The notes beneath the pieces were generated by a model that saw only the letters and a program-made list of their open reading frames with translations, was not told where the DNA came from and searched no databases. 31,439 nt of DNA from a virus (Duplodnaviria > Caudoviricetes): the IMG/VR virus record IMGVR_UViG_3300037515_000678, positions 1-31,439 of that record. The stretch is one strand, 5' to 3'. Below are positions 1 to 8,469 of the stretch, in pieces. A program made the translations under genes and the position numbers. Numbering within the stretch: position 1 is the first letter of the stretch; each line of letters starts with the position of its first letter.

Positions 1-132
1 GCCGGTCGGGAAGGCGTCCAGCGGCGCGCCGGGCTCACCGCCGAGCGGCGGCGACTGAGCGACCGCGAGCGGGCCAGGGAGGTTCCGCAGTCGGCCCCAA
101 CCGGCGACTCGGGCCGGGACCCGGCTCCTCAC
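1..132 (-). CDS. Minor tail protein, N-terminal fragment (runs off the window)
   Basis: GTG at 132 after AGGTG; open to the window edge (MRSRVPARVAGWGRLRNLPGPLAVAQSPPLGGEPGAPLDAFPTG); lies downstream of the tape measure gene. Confidence 0.55.
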   Translation of the reverse strand, partial: MRSRVPARVAGWGRLRNLPGPLAVAQSPPLGGEPGAPLDAFPTG

Positions 133-163
133 GGCGCTACTTCACCTGTCGCGGTAGTGGGAA

Positions 164-679
164 TTACTCATCCCAGGTGATTCGGCAGCGAAGGTCCACG
201 GCTGTCGTGGGCGTGGTGGCACGCACCCGCAGGAACTTCGACACGGCAATGATCGGCCGCTCGTCCGGCATCCACACCCGCTCGTACGTCAGCGGCGACT
301 CGCCGGAACCAGAGGACAGGCTCACCACGTCGAAGACGCGGGTCGCGGTGGTGGAGCCCTCCGCGGTCGCGGTGTACCCGGTGTTGGCGGTGCCGAGGAT
401 CAGCAGCGACGGCGGCGCACTCGGGTCGAGCGGCTGCACGCCAGCGGCCACGTGGGCCGACACGGTCGCTGCTACGTCGGTCTGTAGCAACTCGATCACG
501 CCGTCGGCACCGGGCGGGTCGTCGAGCGAGAATGCGTACGAGATCAGTTGGATCTGCCTCGTGCTGGGGGTGCTCAGCACGAGCATGGTACGTATGGCTG
601 TGGTGGTCGTGACCGCCTGCTGCGCGGCCGTGGTCGGCATCGGACCATTCCACGCCGAATAGCGGTGCGTCGGACTCAC
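164..679 (-). CDS. Putative virion/minor tail protein (start GTG 679 or ACG 670)
   Basis: Thr/Ala-rich, beta-strand-like sequence (HRYSAWNGPMPTTAAQ...CRITWDE); sits in the tail module. Confidence 0.75.
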   Translation of the reverse strand: MSPTHRYSAWNGPMPTTAAQQAVTTTTAIRTMLVLSTPSTRQIQLISYAFSLDDPPGADGVIELLQTDVAATVSAHVAAGVQPLDPSAPPSLLILGTANTGYTATAEGSTTATRVFDVVSLSSGSGESPLTYERVWMPDERPIIAVSKFLRVRATTPTTAVDLRCRITWDE

Positions 680-1299
680 ACCCTCTCAGTGTCGAATTGC
701 TTGTGGCACCGCCTACACAACGGCAGATAGTGAGTCGGGTCGAGGCTGTACCGCAGATTCGCTACGCCCCCATGAGATCCGACCTTTTCATCCGAGTCGG
801 TGTGGTCGTAAGCCCAGTCGGTAGCCGGAGCACCGCAGTGGCCGCAGGCGAACGTCGCCGCCGGTCCGCGAGCGGCGCGGACGCGGGCGTGCCCACCGGC
901 GTAGGAGACGTCATCACCCAGCCAGCGGCTGTTCCTGGCCCCCGTCGCGGCTTCCACTACATCGGGCGACCCGTGCTTCCTCCACCGTAGGAGATGCGTG
1001 CTGCACCAGCCGCGCGCCCAGTAGGGACGGGTGCAGCCGTCGACCGTGCACTCGTCCGGCGCTCGGGGCTTGTCCTCGGTGGTGCCGCAGTGCCGGAGCC
1101 GCTGAAGGTGCTTGTCGCAGAGGCCGCGCCCCTTGTGCCGCTGCTCGCAACCTTCGACCGAGCAGATCCTCTGGACTTGGGCAGGGCGTAACGCGGCTTT
1201 CGCACGGCGGTACCACCGGTGGTAGTGCATCTCGCACCAGCCGCGGCACACGGTCAGCCGCTCGCAGCCGTCGATGGAACAGGTCCGGGTAGCCTCCAC
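676..1299 (-). CDS. HNH-like endonuclease with three N-terminal CxxxGC..GxCxxH Zn-finger repeats
   Basis: Repeats CSIDGC..RGWCEMHY, CSVEGC..RGLCDKH and CTVDGC..RGWCSTH; C-terminal CGHC..DWAYDH..YLPLCRRCH; GAGGAGG RBS. Confidence 0.8.
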   Translation of the reverse strand: MEATRTCSIDGCERLTVCRGWCEMHYHRWYRRAKAALRPAQVQRICSVEGCEQRHKGRGLCDKHLQRLRHCGTTEDKPRAPDECTVDGCTRPYWARGWCSTHLLRWRKHGSPDVVEAATGARNSRWLGDDVSYAGGHARVRAARGPAATFACGHCGAPATDWAYDHTDSDEKVGSHGGVANLRYSLDPTHYLPLCRRCHKQFDTERV

Positions 1300-1387
1300 G
1301 GCTAGCCCCTCCTCGGTGTAGTCGAGCGAGTGGGTCAGAGGCCTCGCGGTGTTCCACCACCGCGGGGCCTCGCTGCTGTCTATTCTC
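1300..1387 (-). promoter_or_regulatory. Structured leader of the HNH gene: -10-like GAGAAT, 14-bp hairpin, RBS-occluding hairpin
   Basis: Hairpin GAGGCCCCGCGGTG-gtggaa-CACCGCGAGGCCTC (1338-1371); CTCgCTCG can pair with CGAGGAG over the SD. Confidence 0.55.
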
Positions 1388-1655
1388 CCATGCCGGGGGG
1401 CAATGCCTTGCCATTCGCCGCGACCGGCACCGCTGCCGGCGCCGGGACGATGAGCCCGGTGCGGGCCCGGCGGGCGGCCTGCAACCAGTGCTCGGCCATC
1501 CGCTCGGCGTCCTCCGGCGAGGAGAACAGCCGCTGCACGCCGGTGACCGAGTGGACCTCGACCATGACCAGGGCCTTGCCGTCACCGGTCCTGGCCTCGG
1601 CCACGAGGAACGTGAACGGGGTCGGTCCGGGGGTGATCGGGGCAGGCTGTGTCAT
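1380..1655 (-). CDS. Hypothetical protein, 91 aa
   Basis: ATG preceded by GAAGGG; high-GC3 codon use; co-oriented with neighbours. Confidence 0.65.
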   Translation of the reverse strand: MTQPAPITPGPTPFTFLVAEARTGDGKALVMVEVHSVTGVQRLFSSPEDAERMAEHWLQAARRARTGLIVPAPAAVPVAANGKALPPGMGE

Positions 1656-1688
1656 CAGGCCCTTCCGGGGTGGTGGTGGTCTGGCGGG

Positions 1689-3878
1689 TCAGCGGCCGGT
1701 CCGGCCGAGCGCGGCCTGGACGTTGCCGCCGGAGATGTCGCGGATCGACTTGCGGAGCACCTCGACGAGCAGGTCGTCCAGCCGGGTGCCGCCCGAGCGG
1801 ACCTCGATCACGACGGTCCCGCCGCCGCCGGAGCCGGCGAGCATCCGTCGGGTGTCCGGGTTCGAGCGCACCGTCGACCCCGGCGCCAGGTCGACCAGTT
1901 CCGGGCCGTGCTCACCGACCAGCGTGGTGCGAGACCTCGGGCCGCCGCCGGCCGCACCGGTGATCCCGCCATGGGCCTGCGCCCGCGGGCCGACACCGAC
2001 CCGGCCGACCTGGATCGCGACGACCTTGCCGGTGATGGAGTTGATCTCCCGCTGGACCCGCTGCACACCGGCGGAGGTCACCTGGATGGTGACCCGCTTG
2101 TTCGCCGGGGTTTTCGACAGCGCCGCACGGACCCGGGCGGCCGCCGCCGTGGCGTTCTCCCAGGCCCGGATCGCGATGTCCTTGTCGCGGAGGGCCTGCA
2201 CCCTTCTGCGCAGCGCCTCAATGGCGGGGGAGGTCTTGTTGAAGATCGTGTCCCCGAGCCGGGACGCGTCGCCGGCCTGCTTGTTCAGCCCGCTCGCCTG
2301 CCGCCACAGCTTGTCGCCGGTGGCGATGTCAGCTTTCGCGTATGCGGCGGCACCGGCGGCGTACAGCAGCGCCGCGCCGACCTTCAGGCCGATCGCGGCG
2401 ACCCCGGCCATCGGCTGGATGATCGAGAGCGCGCTCTCGGCGACCGCGAGGAGGCCGTCGGCGATGTCCCACCGGTGCTCGTTGAACCAGGCGAACGCCT
2501 GGACCAGCCAGGACTGGACCTTCAGCTCCATGGTCCGCTTCAGCGCTGTGAGCTTCGCCTGGGGGGTGGTGAGGTCCTCACCCATCCGGGCGGCCGCGCC
2601 GCCGACCTGGCCGAGCGCCGCCACGGCCGTGGAGGGGTCCATCGCGAACAGGGCGGCGCCGAGGTCCTCGGCCTGGGTGCCGAACAGGGCGACCGCGGCC
2701 TGGCCGCGTTTCACCGGGTCCTCGATCTTCCGGAGCCGGTCGAGGGTGATGTCGAGCCCGTCGGCGGCGGACTTGCCGCCGGAGGCGATCCGGCCGGCCA
2801 TGTCCTTGGCATTCAGGCCGATCATCTTGAAGCCGTCCGCGGTGAGCTTCGAGCCGTCGACCGCGCGGATCGAGAACTCCTTGATCGAGTCGGCGACGAT
2901 GTCGGAGTCCCGGGCGCCGGCCCGCAGCCCCTGGGAGATCAGGCCCATCGCCTGAGCGCCCGTCAGCCCGACCTTCCGCCACTGGGTGCCGTACTCGTTG
3001 ACGGTCTCCAGCAGGTCCTCGGCCTTGTCGTCGCCGGTCTGGAACCCGCGGGTGAGGATGTCGAGCGCTTCCCCGCCGTCCTTCACCAAGCCGGAGCGGA
3101 TCATCTGGCCGACGGCGCGGGTGGTGCCACCCAAGTCCTGCTCGAACGTGTTGGCGAGGTTCAGGACCTTGCCGGCGACGTCCTGCAGGTCGCGGGACGC
3201 GGTGCCGTGCAGGACGGCGCCGCTCTGGATGACGGATCGGATCGCGGTGTTGACCTGGGCCATGTTCTGGCCGTACGCCTGGGTGTAGAGCTTCCCGGCG
3301 ACCGCGCCGACGCGCTGGGACTCCACGGCGGTCAGCCCCAGCTGGACTTTCAGCTTCGCGGTGGCGTCCTGCGCGTTCAGGGTGCTCTTGATCCCGGCGA
3401 TGATCCCGCCGCCGACCACGACGCCGGCCGCTAGTCCGGCGCCGGCAAGGCCTTTCGCGGCCGAGGCGAGTCCGCCCCGCAGTTTCCCGAGGCTCCCTTC
3501 CAGCCGGGCGTAGCCGCGGGTGGAGGACTCCGCTTCCTTGCCGGCTTTCCCCAGGTCCTTGACGAGGTCCTTGGCGCTGTCGCCGGTGGCGTCCATGCTG
3601 GCCTGCGCGGCGCGGTGCGCCGCGGCGAGCTTGGAGGTGGCCGACTCCTGGTCGTACTCGGCTCTCGCGAGTCGCGCGGAGGCGTCCCGGGCCTGCAGCG
3701 ACTCGGCCCCGTACTTCTCCAGCGCCGCAGTCGCCGTGCGCTGCGCCTTCGCGGCCCGGACCTGCGCGGCCTCCAGGTCGAGCGCGGCCTTCCGGACACC
3801 GCCGATGCCTTTCGCGGCGGAGTCGAGTCCGGGCTTGGTCAGGTCTTTGCTGCCTACCCGGATCTCGACTTCATTCAC
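1689..3878 (-). CDS. Tape measure protein
   Basis: 729 aa, Ala/Gly-rich and helical; TMP core (DLLETVNEY...ADSIKEFSIRAVDGS..ALFGTQAEDLG); C-terminal VGEHGPELV motif; follows the chaperone genes. Confidence 0.93.
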   Translation of the reverse strand: MNEVEIRVGSKDLTKPGLDSAAKGIGGVRKAALDLEAAQVRAAKAQRTATAALEKYGAESLQARDASARLARAEYDQESATSKLAAAHRAAQASMDATGDSAKDLVKDLGKAGKEAESSTRGYARLEGSLGKLRGGLASAAKGLAGAGLAAGVVVGGGIIAGIKSTLNAQDATAKLKVQLGLTAVESQRVGAVAGKLYTQAYGQNMAQVNTAIRSVIQSGAVLHGTASRDLQDVAGKVLNLANTFEQDLGGTTRAVGQMIRSGLVKDGGEALDILTRGFQTGDDKAEDLLETVNEYGTQWRKVGLTGAQAMGLISQGLRAGARDSDIVADSIKEFSIRAVDGSKLTADGFKMIGLNAKDMAGRIASGGKSAADGLDITLDRLRKIEDPVKRGQAAVALFGTQAEDLGAALFAMDPSTAVAALGQVGGAAARMGEDLTTPQAKLTALKRTMELKVQSWLVQAFAWFNEHRWDIADGLLAVAESALSIIQPMAGVAAIGLKVGAALLYAAGAAAYAKADIATGDKLWRQASGLNKQAGDASRLGDTIFNKTSPAIEALRRRVQALRDKDIAIRAWENATAAAARVRAALSKTPANKRVTIQVTSAGVQRVQREINSITGKVVAIQVGRVGVGPRAQAHGGITGAAGGGPRSRTTLVGEHGPELVDLAPGSTVRSNPDTRRMLAGSGGGGTVVIEVRSGGTRLDDLLVEVLRKSIRDISGGNVQAALGRTGR

Positions 3879-4403
3879 CGCTGGTCACCCCCGCCCGGTC
3901 CACGATCCGGATCATCCGCAGCAGATCGGCGTCCTCGGCGAGCAGCTGGCTGGGCAGGCAGCCGAACCGCTCGCACAGCGTCAGGACAAGCTCGGCCTCC
4001 TCTAGCTCGCCCGGTTTTCGGGTAATGGCACCATCGGCATCGACGCCTCCAGCGACGGCTCGCCACCGGTCGAGCTCCCGCCCAAAGGGGGCGACACGCC
4101 AGCCGCCGCCGCCGTCCAGGCGCCGATCATCTCCAACACGAAGTCGTTGTCCTGGTCCAGCACGCCATCGAGGGTGGGCGGCACGGGCTCGCCGGTGTCC
4201 TCGTCCTCCAGGTTCCAGGACACGAGCTTGCTGGCGAACAGGGCGACCGCGGAATCGTCGGTCAGGTCGGAATCCTCATCCGGCCGTCTCAGGTTCAGCA
4301 TTTCCCTCATGCTGAGCGACCGGATGCGGACCACGAGTCCGTGGCTCTCGTGGTCCTCCGGCCAGACCAGCCGGTAGGTCTTCTTCTTCCGCTTATGGCC
4401 CAC
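3871..4403 (-). CDS. Tail assembly chaperone, -1 frameshifted long form (gpGT-like)
   Basis: Slippery C CCT TTG at 4089-4083; the -1 frame is open (FGRELDRWRAVAGG...LCERFGCLPSQLLAEDADLLRMIRIV..GE*) to TGA at 3873-3871. Confidence 0.8.
4002..4403 (-). CDS. Tail assembly chaperone (gpG-like)
   Basis: LVSWNLEDEDTGEPVPPTLDG motif; lies between the tail tube and tape measure genes. Confidence 0.88.
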   Translation of the reverse strand: MGHKRKKKTYRLVWPEDHESHGLVVRIRSLSMREMLNLRRPDEDSDLTDDSAVALFASKLVSWNLEDEDTGEPVPPTLDGVLDQDNDFVLEMIGAWTAAAAGVSPPLGGSSTGGEPSLEASMPMVPLPENRAS

Positions 4404-4406
4404 GGT

Positions 4407-4820
4407 TCACCCGGACCAGGTTGGGACGGCGCCGTTTGAGAGCACGCCGGGCACCGCGAAGACCAGTTCACCCGAGTCCGACCGGGACAGCGGGTAATCG
4501 GTGAACAGCACGGTCGGGGCGAGCGTCTTCGCGGCGACCACCATCGTCACCAGCCGTGCGACCGAAGTGGACGGGACGGTCTTGAAGACGTCGTGCGCGC
4601 CGGTGGTCGCGGTGTCGTTGAAGACGCCGTTCAGCGTGATGCTGAAATCGGCGAGGAGGAGAAGCCGCTCCATCGCGAGCTTGTCGATGCCCGTCACGTC
4701 CTGGACGGCTCTCGGCGTGCTGAATTGCAGGTTGGTGATGTCGTTCTTGATTGCCCTCTGAACGCTGCCGCTATCGTCTACGGATAACGTCGTCCACCCA
4801 ATGCCCGAGGTCTTCGCGAT
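4407..4820 (-). CDS. Tail tube/major tail protein, probable ATC start
   Basis: (M)AKTSGIGWTTLSVDD..DVTGIDKLAMERLLLLADFSITLNGVF; SD GAGGGG 9 nt before ATC; immediately upstream of the chaperone. Confidence 0.8.
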   Translation of the reverse strand: MAKTSGIGWTTLSVDDSGSVQRAIKNDITNLQFSTPRAVQDVTGIDKLAMERLLLLADFSITLNGVFNDTATTGAHDVFKTVPSTSVARLVTMVVAAKTLAPTVLFTDYPLSRSDSGELVFAVPGVLSNGAVPTWSG

Positions 4821-4825
4821 GAGAC

Positions 4826-5296
4826 TCAGCCCCTCTCGATCAGCCGGCCGAGCCGGTCCTGGTTGGTCTGGAAGTCGTCGAGCCAAGGGTCCGGGCCGGA
4901 ATGCCGGACAGGCTCGGTGCCGCGCGGATTTCCGCGCCAGTCGCCGCCGCGGACGACGTACAGCTCCGGCCGCTCCAGCGGCACCTTGTGCGGCGAAGCG
5001 AAGCACCGCTGCCCGGCGGCGAACGTGAACGTGGTGACCGTGCCGCCGGTCCGGTCCTCGGTGTAGCCGCGGCGGGCGACGTTGCGGATGTAGTGCGCCT
5101 GCCGCGCGCCGAGGTCGGTGGCCTCGTCGACGGCGGTCGCCCAGCCGCGCAGGTAGGCCGCGCAGTCGGCTTCCTCGCAGGTGCCGTCCCGCCAGTGGGT
5201 GGCCAGCGGGGACGCGACCTGGAAGGTGCGGTAGCTCTCAGCCGGGAGGTTCGGCGCGATCCGCTGGCCGTCCGGGCTGGGCACGGTGCCGGCCAT
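4826..5296 (-). CDS. Conserved tail-region protein, 156 aa
   Basis: ATG coupled by TGATG; CEEADC..C..H cluster; lies between tube-like genes. Confidence 0.8.
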   Translation of the reverse strand: MAGTVPSPDGQRIAPNLPAESYRTFQVASPLATHWRDGTCEEADCAAYLRGWATAVDEATDLGARQAHYIRNVARRGYTEDRTGGTVTTFTFAAGQRCFASPHKVPLERPELYVVRGGDWRGNPRGTEPVRHSGPDPWLDDFQTNQDRLGRLIERG

Positions 5297-5733
5297 CAGA
5301 AGGCCGTGGCGAGCACATCTCGGTGGGTAAGCAAGTAGGCCGCCGCTGCCATCAGGCGGTCCACGTCCTCGCCGAGTGCGCCGATGCCGGTATTGCAGCC
5401 GTGGCAGAGCAGCGCCCGCACGACTCCCGTCTCGTGGTCATGGTCGACGTGCCACGCACCCTTGCCGCCAGGGTCGGTGCTATGGCAGATCGCGCAGCGT
5501 CCACCCTGCCTGGCCAGGAGCGCGTCAAACTCGGCCAGGCTGAGGCCGTACTTGCTGCGCAGGTGCCCGGTGCGGCCGTGCAGCGGATCGGCAAGGCGCT
5601 TGTCGCGTTGATATTCGCGAGACCTTGCACGTTCGCAGTCTGCGCAGTGGCCGTAATAACCATCTCGACCTGCGGGGTGCCGATAGAACAGGTCGAGAGC
5701 CTTGGCCGCACCGCATTTGCTGCATGTCCTCAC
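5296..5733 (-). CDS. Endonuclease VII-family free-standing nuclease
   Basis: N-terminal CSKC..CADC; KYGL..QGGRCAIC..HVDHDHETGVVRALLCHGCNTGIG Endo VII signature; lower GC than neighbours. Confidence 0.9.
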   Translation of the reverse strand: MRTCSKCGAAKALDLFYRHPAGRDGYYGHCADCERARSREYQRDKRLADPLHGRTGHLRSKYGLSLAEFDALLARQGGRCAICHSTDPGGKGAWHVDHDHETGVVRALLCHGCNTGIGALGEDVDRLMAAAAYLLTHRDVLATAF

Positions 5734-5746
5734 ATCACACCTCCGG

Positions 5747-6490
5747 CTAAAAGATTGTGGCCGTCAGGTTCCGGGCCACGACGACCGAGAAAACGGCGTC
5801 CGTGAATACGCCGGTGGTCGTCACCCGCAGGTAGCGCTCGACGGACAGCGTCGGGGACGTGGCGATCCGCTCCGACGTGATCCCGGTGGCCGCGGCGAAG
5901 CCGCCGCCGGCCACGTCGGTGTAGGCGTCGGCGCCGTTGTCGGACGACTCCTGCAACTTCACCGTGACCGTGCCGCTGCCGACCGAGAACACGTGCAGGT
6001 ACGCCTGGAGTCCGAAGGCCAGGCCCACCGCGCCGTAGTCGACCGGGGTCCCGTTGGCCGCGGACGCGTCGGTCCGCTTCCCCGCGGTGTGCTGCTGCCC
6101 CCACTCCAGCCCGTAGCCGTTCGCCTGGGCCTGGACAGCGAAGGTGAACCCGCCGTCGTCGCCGCGGGTGCCGGCGTAGTCGATCTGCTTCGCCACGCAC
6201 GCGGCGGCCGGCGAGCCGAGCGCGGTGCCGCGACAGTAGGTGACGATCTGGTCAGTGGTGGGCAGCGCGGAGAGGCGGGGGTGCGCCTGGTCGCTGGCGG
6301 GGTTGAAGAACGCGGTGAAGTCGATCCCGCCGTCCCGGCGGCCACCGACACGCTCCATCGCGGACTTGTCAATCCCGGTGACGTCCAGAGTGGACGGCCC
6401 GCCGGCGATCTTGCCGAGGGAGCCGATGTCGCCGCTGAGGTCGTATCCGGCCGCAAAAAGTGCGTCCCCGAGCCCCGACTGTTTGACCAT
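5747..6490 (-). CDS. Tail tube-like structural protein, 247 aa
   Basis: KQSGLG..LDVTGIDKSAMERVGG..FTAFFNP; shares DVTGIDKxAMER with 4407..4820; has an extra C-terminal beta domain. Confidence 0.8.
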   Translation of the reverse strand: MVKQSGLGDALFAAGYDLSGDIGSLGKIAGGPSTLDVTGIDKSAMERVGGRRDGGIDFTAFFNPASDQAHPRLSALPTTDQIVTYCRGTALGSPAAACVAKQIDYAGTRGDDGGFTFAVQAQANGYGLEWGQQHTAGKRTDASAANGTPVDYGAVGLAFGLQAYLHVFSVGSGTVTVKLQESSDNGADAYTDVAGGGFAAATGITSERIATSPTLSVERYLRVTTTGVFTDAVFSVVVARNLTATIF

Positions 6491-6789
6491 CAGCCGGCCT
6501 CACCGGGTGCGATCGGCACGAGCGGACCGGCGCCGAGGTTCTCCACCCGGTGAGTGGCCAGCCGGCGGAGGTCCGCGTTCCGGTCGCCGGCCAGCTCCTC
6601 GTACGCCGCCCGGGCAGCGTCGAGCCAGTCGGTGGGGATGTCGGACAGGTACGTCTCGTGGACGGCGACGCCGTTGCGGCTGGCCGACAGCGCCGGCCGG
6701 TGGTTCTCCGCCGCGCGGGTGTCGCGGTGCCAGCGGACGACCTGGCCGTCCATGATCGTGACGTTGCAGGTGATCACCGGGTCAGGCAC
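6490..6789 (-). CDS. Hypothetical moron-like protein, 99 aa
   Basis: GTG after GAGGGGAG; MPDPVITCNVTIMDG...; stop overlaps the next ATG; has its own ~97-nt leader. Confidence 0.65.
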   Translation of the reverse strand: MPDPVITCNVTIMDGQVVRWHRDTRAAENHRPALSASRNGVAVHETYLSDIPTDWLDAARAAYEELAGDRNADLRRLATHRVENLGAGPLVPIAPGEAG

Positions 6790-6886
6790 GGCACTCCCCT
6801 CTTCGTCGAGCCGGTCGCGTGTGGACGACCGAACGCCCGGCTCCGGAAAGACCACTGTGGACGGTCCCGCAAGGCAAACGGGCAGG

Positions 6887-8098
6887 TCACGGCGCCTGCG
6901 TGAAGATGTCGTTGACCAGGGCGGGCAGCGTGATGTCCATGACGCGGTACTCCCGGTCGTCCTGCCGCAGATAACCGGCCCGCGCGGACAGCGGCACCCC
7001 AGCCGAGCCGAGCAGGTCCACATGCCGGACGTGCTGGCCCAAATCGAAGTCGCCGGAATATGCGGCCATCAGCGTGCTCACCGCGCCCAGCATCGCCGGG
7101 TCGATCGCGTCCGGCGGCTCGCTGGTCATGTTGCTGTAGAGCCGCACGGTCAGTTCCAGCCGGCCCGACGTCGCCGCCAGCCCGGACGACCGGACCGGGG
7201 CGAGGGCCTGCACCCACACCGCCGCGGTCAGACCGCTGCCCGGCGCCGAGGCCGGCTCGTGCCCGTTGACCGCGCCGAACAGCCCGGAGGCGAGCGCGTG
7301 GGACACGACCGCGTCGAGGACCGCGACCACGTCCAGGCCGGCCGCCGGGGCAATCAGATTCGCGGCGGCCGCGTGGTAGTCCGACAGGGACGTGGAGTCG
7401 GTGACCCGGGCGAGCAGCCCGTACAACCCGCCCGCGGCATAGGTGTGGACCATCGTCGCCACCGCGCCGGAGGAGGACTGCCCGTCGCCCCACTCGATGG
7501 CGTACGTGGCGCCGGCCAGGCCCTCCGGGTCGGTCGCGGCGATGGTCACGGTGACCGTCAGCCCGGCGACGACGACCGTGACACCGGTGATCGTCGGCGC
7601 GTTCGCGCCCGGCAGGCCGACGTTGTACTCGACGTCGATGCCGTAGAAGGTGCTGCCGAACGTCGAGGTGGGGAACGAGGTCGGGGTGGCGTTGAAGACG
7701 CCGTTGCCGTTGGTTGCCGTCGCGGAGGACAGCGCCCGCACGTTGCCGTCGGCGGAGTTGACGTTCCCGGCGAGGGCGCCGGAGATGTTGCCGTACCGGC
7801 CGCCCGTCGAGTAGCTGACGATCCAGCGGGTGCCGGCCGCCCGGGCGATCGGCACGTCGAGGTCGTACGACGACCAGCCGGACGGCAGCGTGGACGGCAT
7901 CGTCGCGGTGCCGAGCAACGCGCCGGCCGTGGACCAGATCCGGCCGAGCCGTGGGGTGTAGCCCTCCTCGGTGCCGTCGGTCCACACCCGGACCTTGGTG
8001 AGGGTCACGTCGGCGACGGCGAGGTACTCGGTGCCGAGCTCGTAGTCGTCCGGGTCGGCTTGGACGGTGGGGTCGGCGCCGCCCCATCCGACGGCCAT
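6887..8098 (-). CDS. Tail terminator-like protein with N-terminal DUF4082-like and PKD/Ig-like domains
   Basis: N-terminal ELGTEY..KVRVW..GRIWSTAGALL..SGW..VSY; middle YAIEWGDG..HTYAAGGLY..VTD; C-terminal LASGLFGAVNGHEP..RLYSNM..DITLPALVND. Confidence 0.75.
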   Translation of the reverse strand: MAVGWGGADPTVQADPDDYELGTEYLAVADVTLTKVRVWTDGTEEGYTPRLGRIWSTAGALLGTATMPSTLPSGWSSYDLDVPIARAAGTRWIVSYSTGGRYGNISGALAGNVNSADGNVRALSSATATNGNGVFNATPTSFPTSTFGSTFYGIDVEYNVGLPGANAPTITGVTVVVAGLTVTVTIAATDPEGLAGATYAIEWGDGQSSSGAVATMVHTYAAGGLYGLLARVTDSTSLSDYHAAAANLIAPAAGLDVVAVLDAVVSHALASGLFGAVNGHEPASAPGSGLTAAVWVQALAPVRSSGLAATSGRLELTVRLYSNMTSEPPDAIDPAMLGAVSTLMAAYSGDFDLGQHVRHVDLLGSAGVPLSARAGYLRQDDREYRVMDITLPALVNDIFTQAP

Positions 8099-8469
8099 CA
8101 GCCGAGCCTTGCCACGTGCCGCCGCAGAGCCGGCTCGACCAGGGCCGGCACCTTCCGCTCCAGCTCCTGGCGGGCGCGGCGGAACGAGTGGTAGCCGGCG
8201 AAGATGGCGGACCGGCTGCCACCATTTTCGAGCCAGGGCCCGTACACAATCCCGCGGTCGTGGACGACGACGTCGGACGCGAGCCGCTGCACGGTCAGCT
8301 GCGTCTCGTAGTACGGCGTGGGGTGCCGGATCGAGGCGTCGAGCAGGCGGTGGACGTCGGCGAGACCCTGCGCGCCGACCGCCATCTGGGCGTCCTCGAG
8401 GAAGTCCTGGATGATCCCCGGCGCGCGGCCGTCGAAGAGCGGGCCTGACGCGCGCACCTCCACGCTCAT
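8098..8469 (-). CDS. Neck/tail completion protein (HK97 gp10-like)
   Basis: MSVEVRASGPLFDG..YGPWLENG..FAGYHSFRRA; ATGA overlap; synteny. Confidence 0.75.
   Translation of the reverse strand: MSVEVRASGPLFDGRAPGIIQDFLEDAQMAVGAQGLADVHRLLDASIRHPTPYYETQLTVQRLASDVVVHDRGIVYGPWLENGGSRSAIFAGYHSFRRARQELERKVPALVEPALRRHVARLG

Noticed and set aside
1330-3434. Long plus-strand ORFs (541 and 648 aa; also 6554..8194, 12836..14620, 16235..18313, 18385..20331, 22322..23848)
   Set aside because: Antisense shadows of high-GC genes; no recognisable motifs, and they fully overlap clear minus-strand genes
3875-4066. 63-aa ORF as a second chaperone
   Set aside because: Wrong frame; the chaperone-like sequence is in the -1 frame ending at 3871
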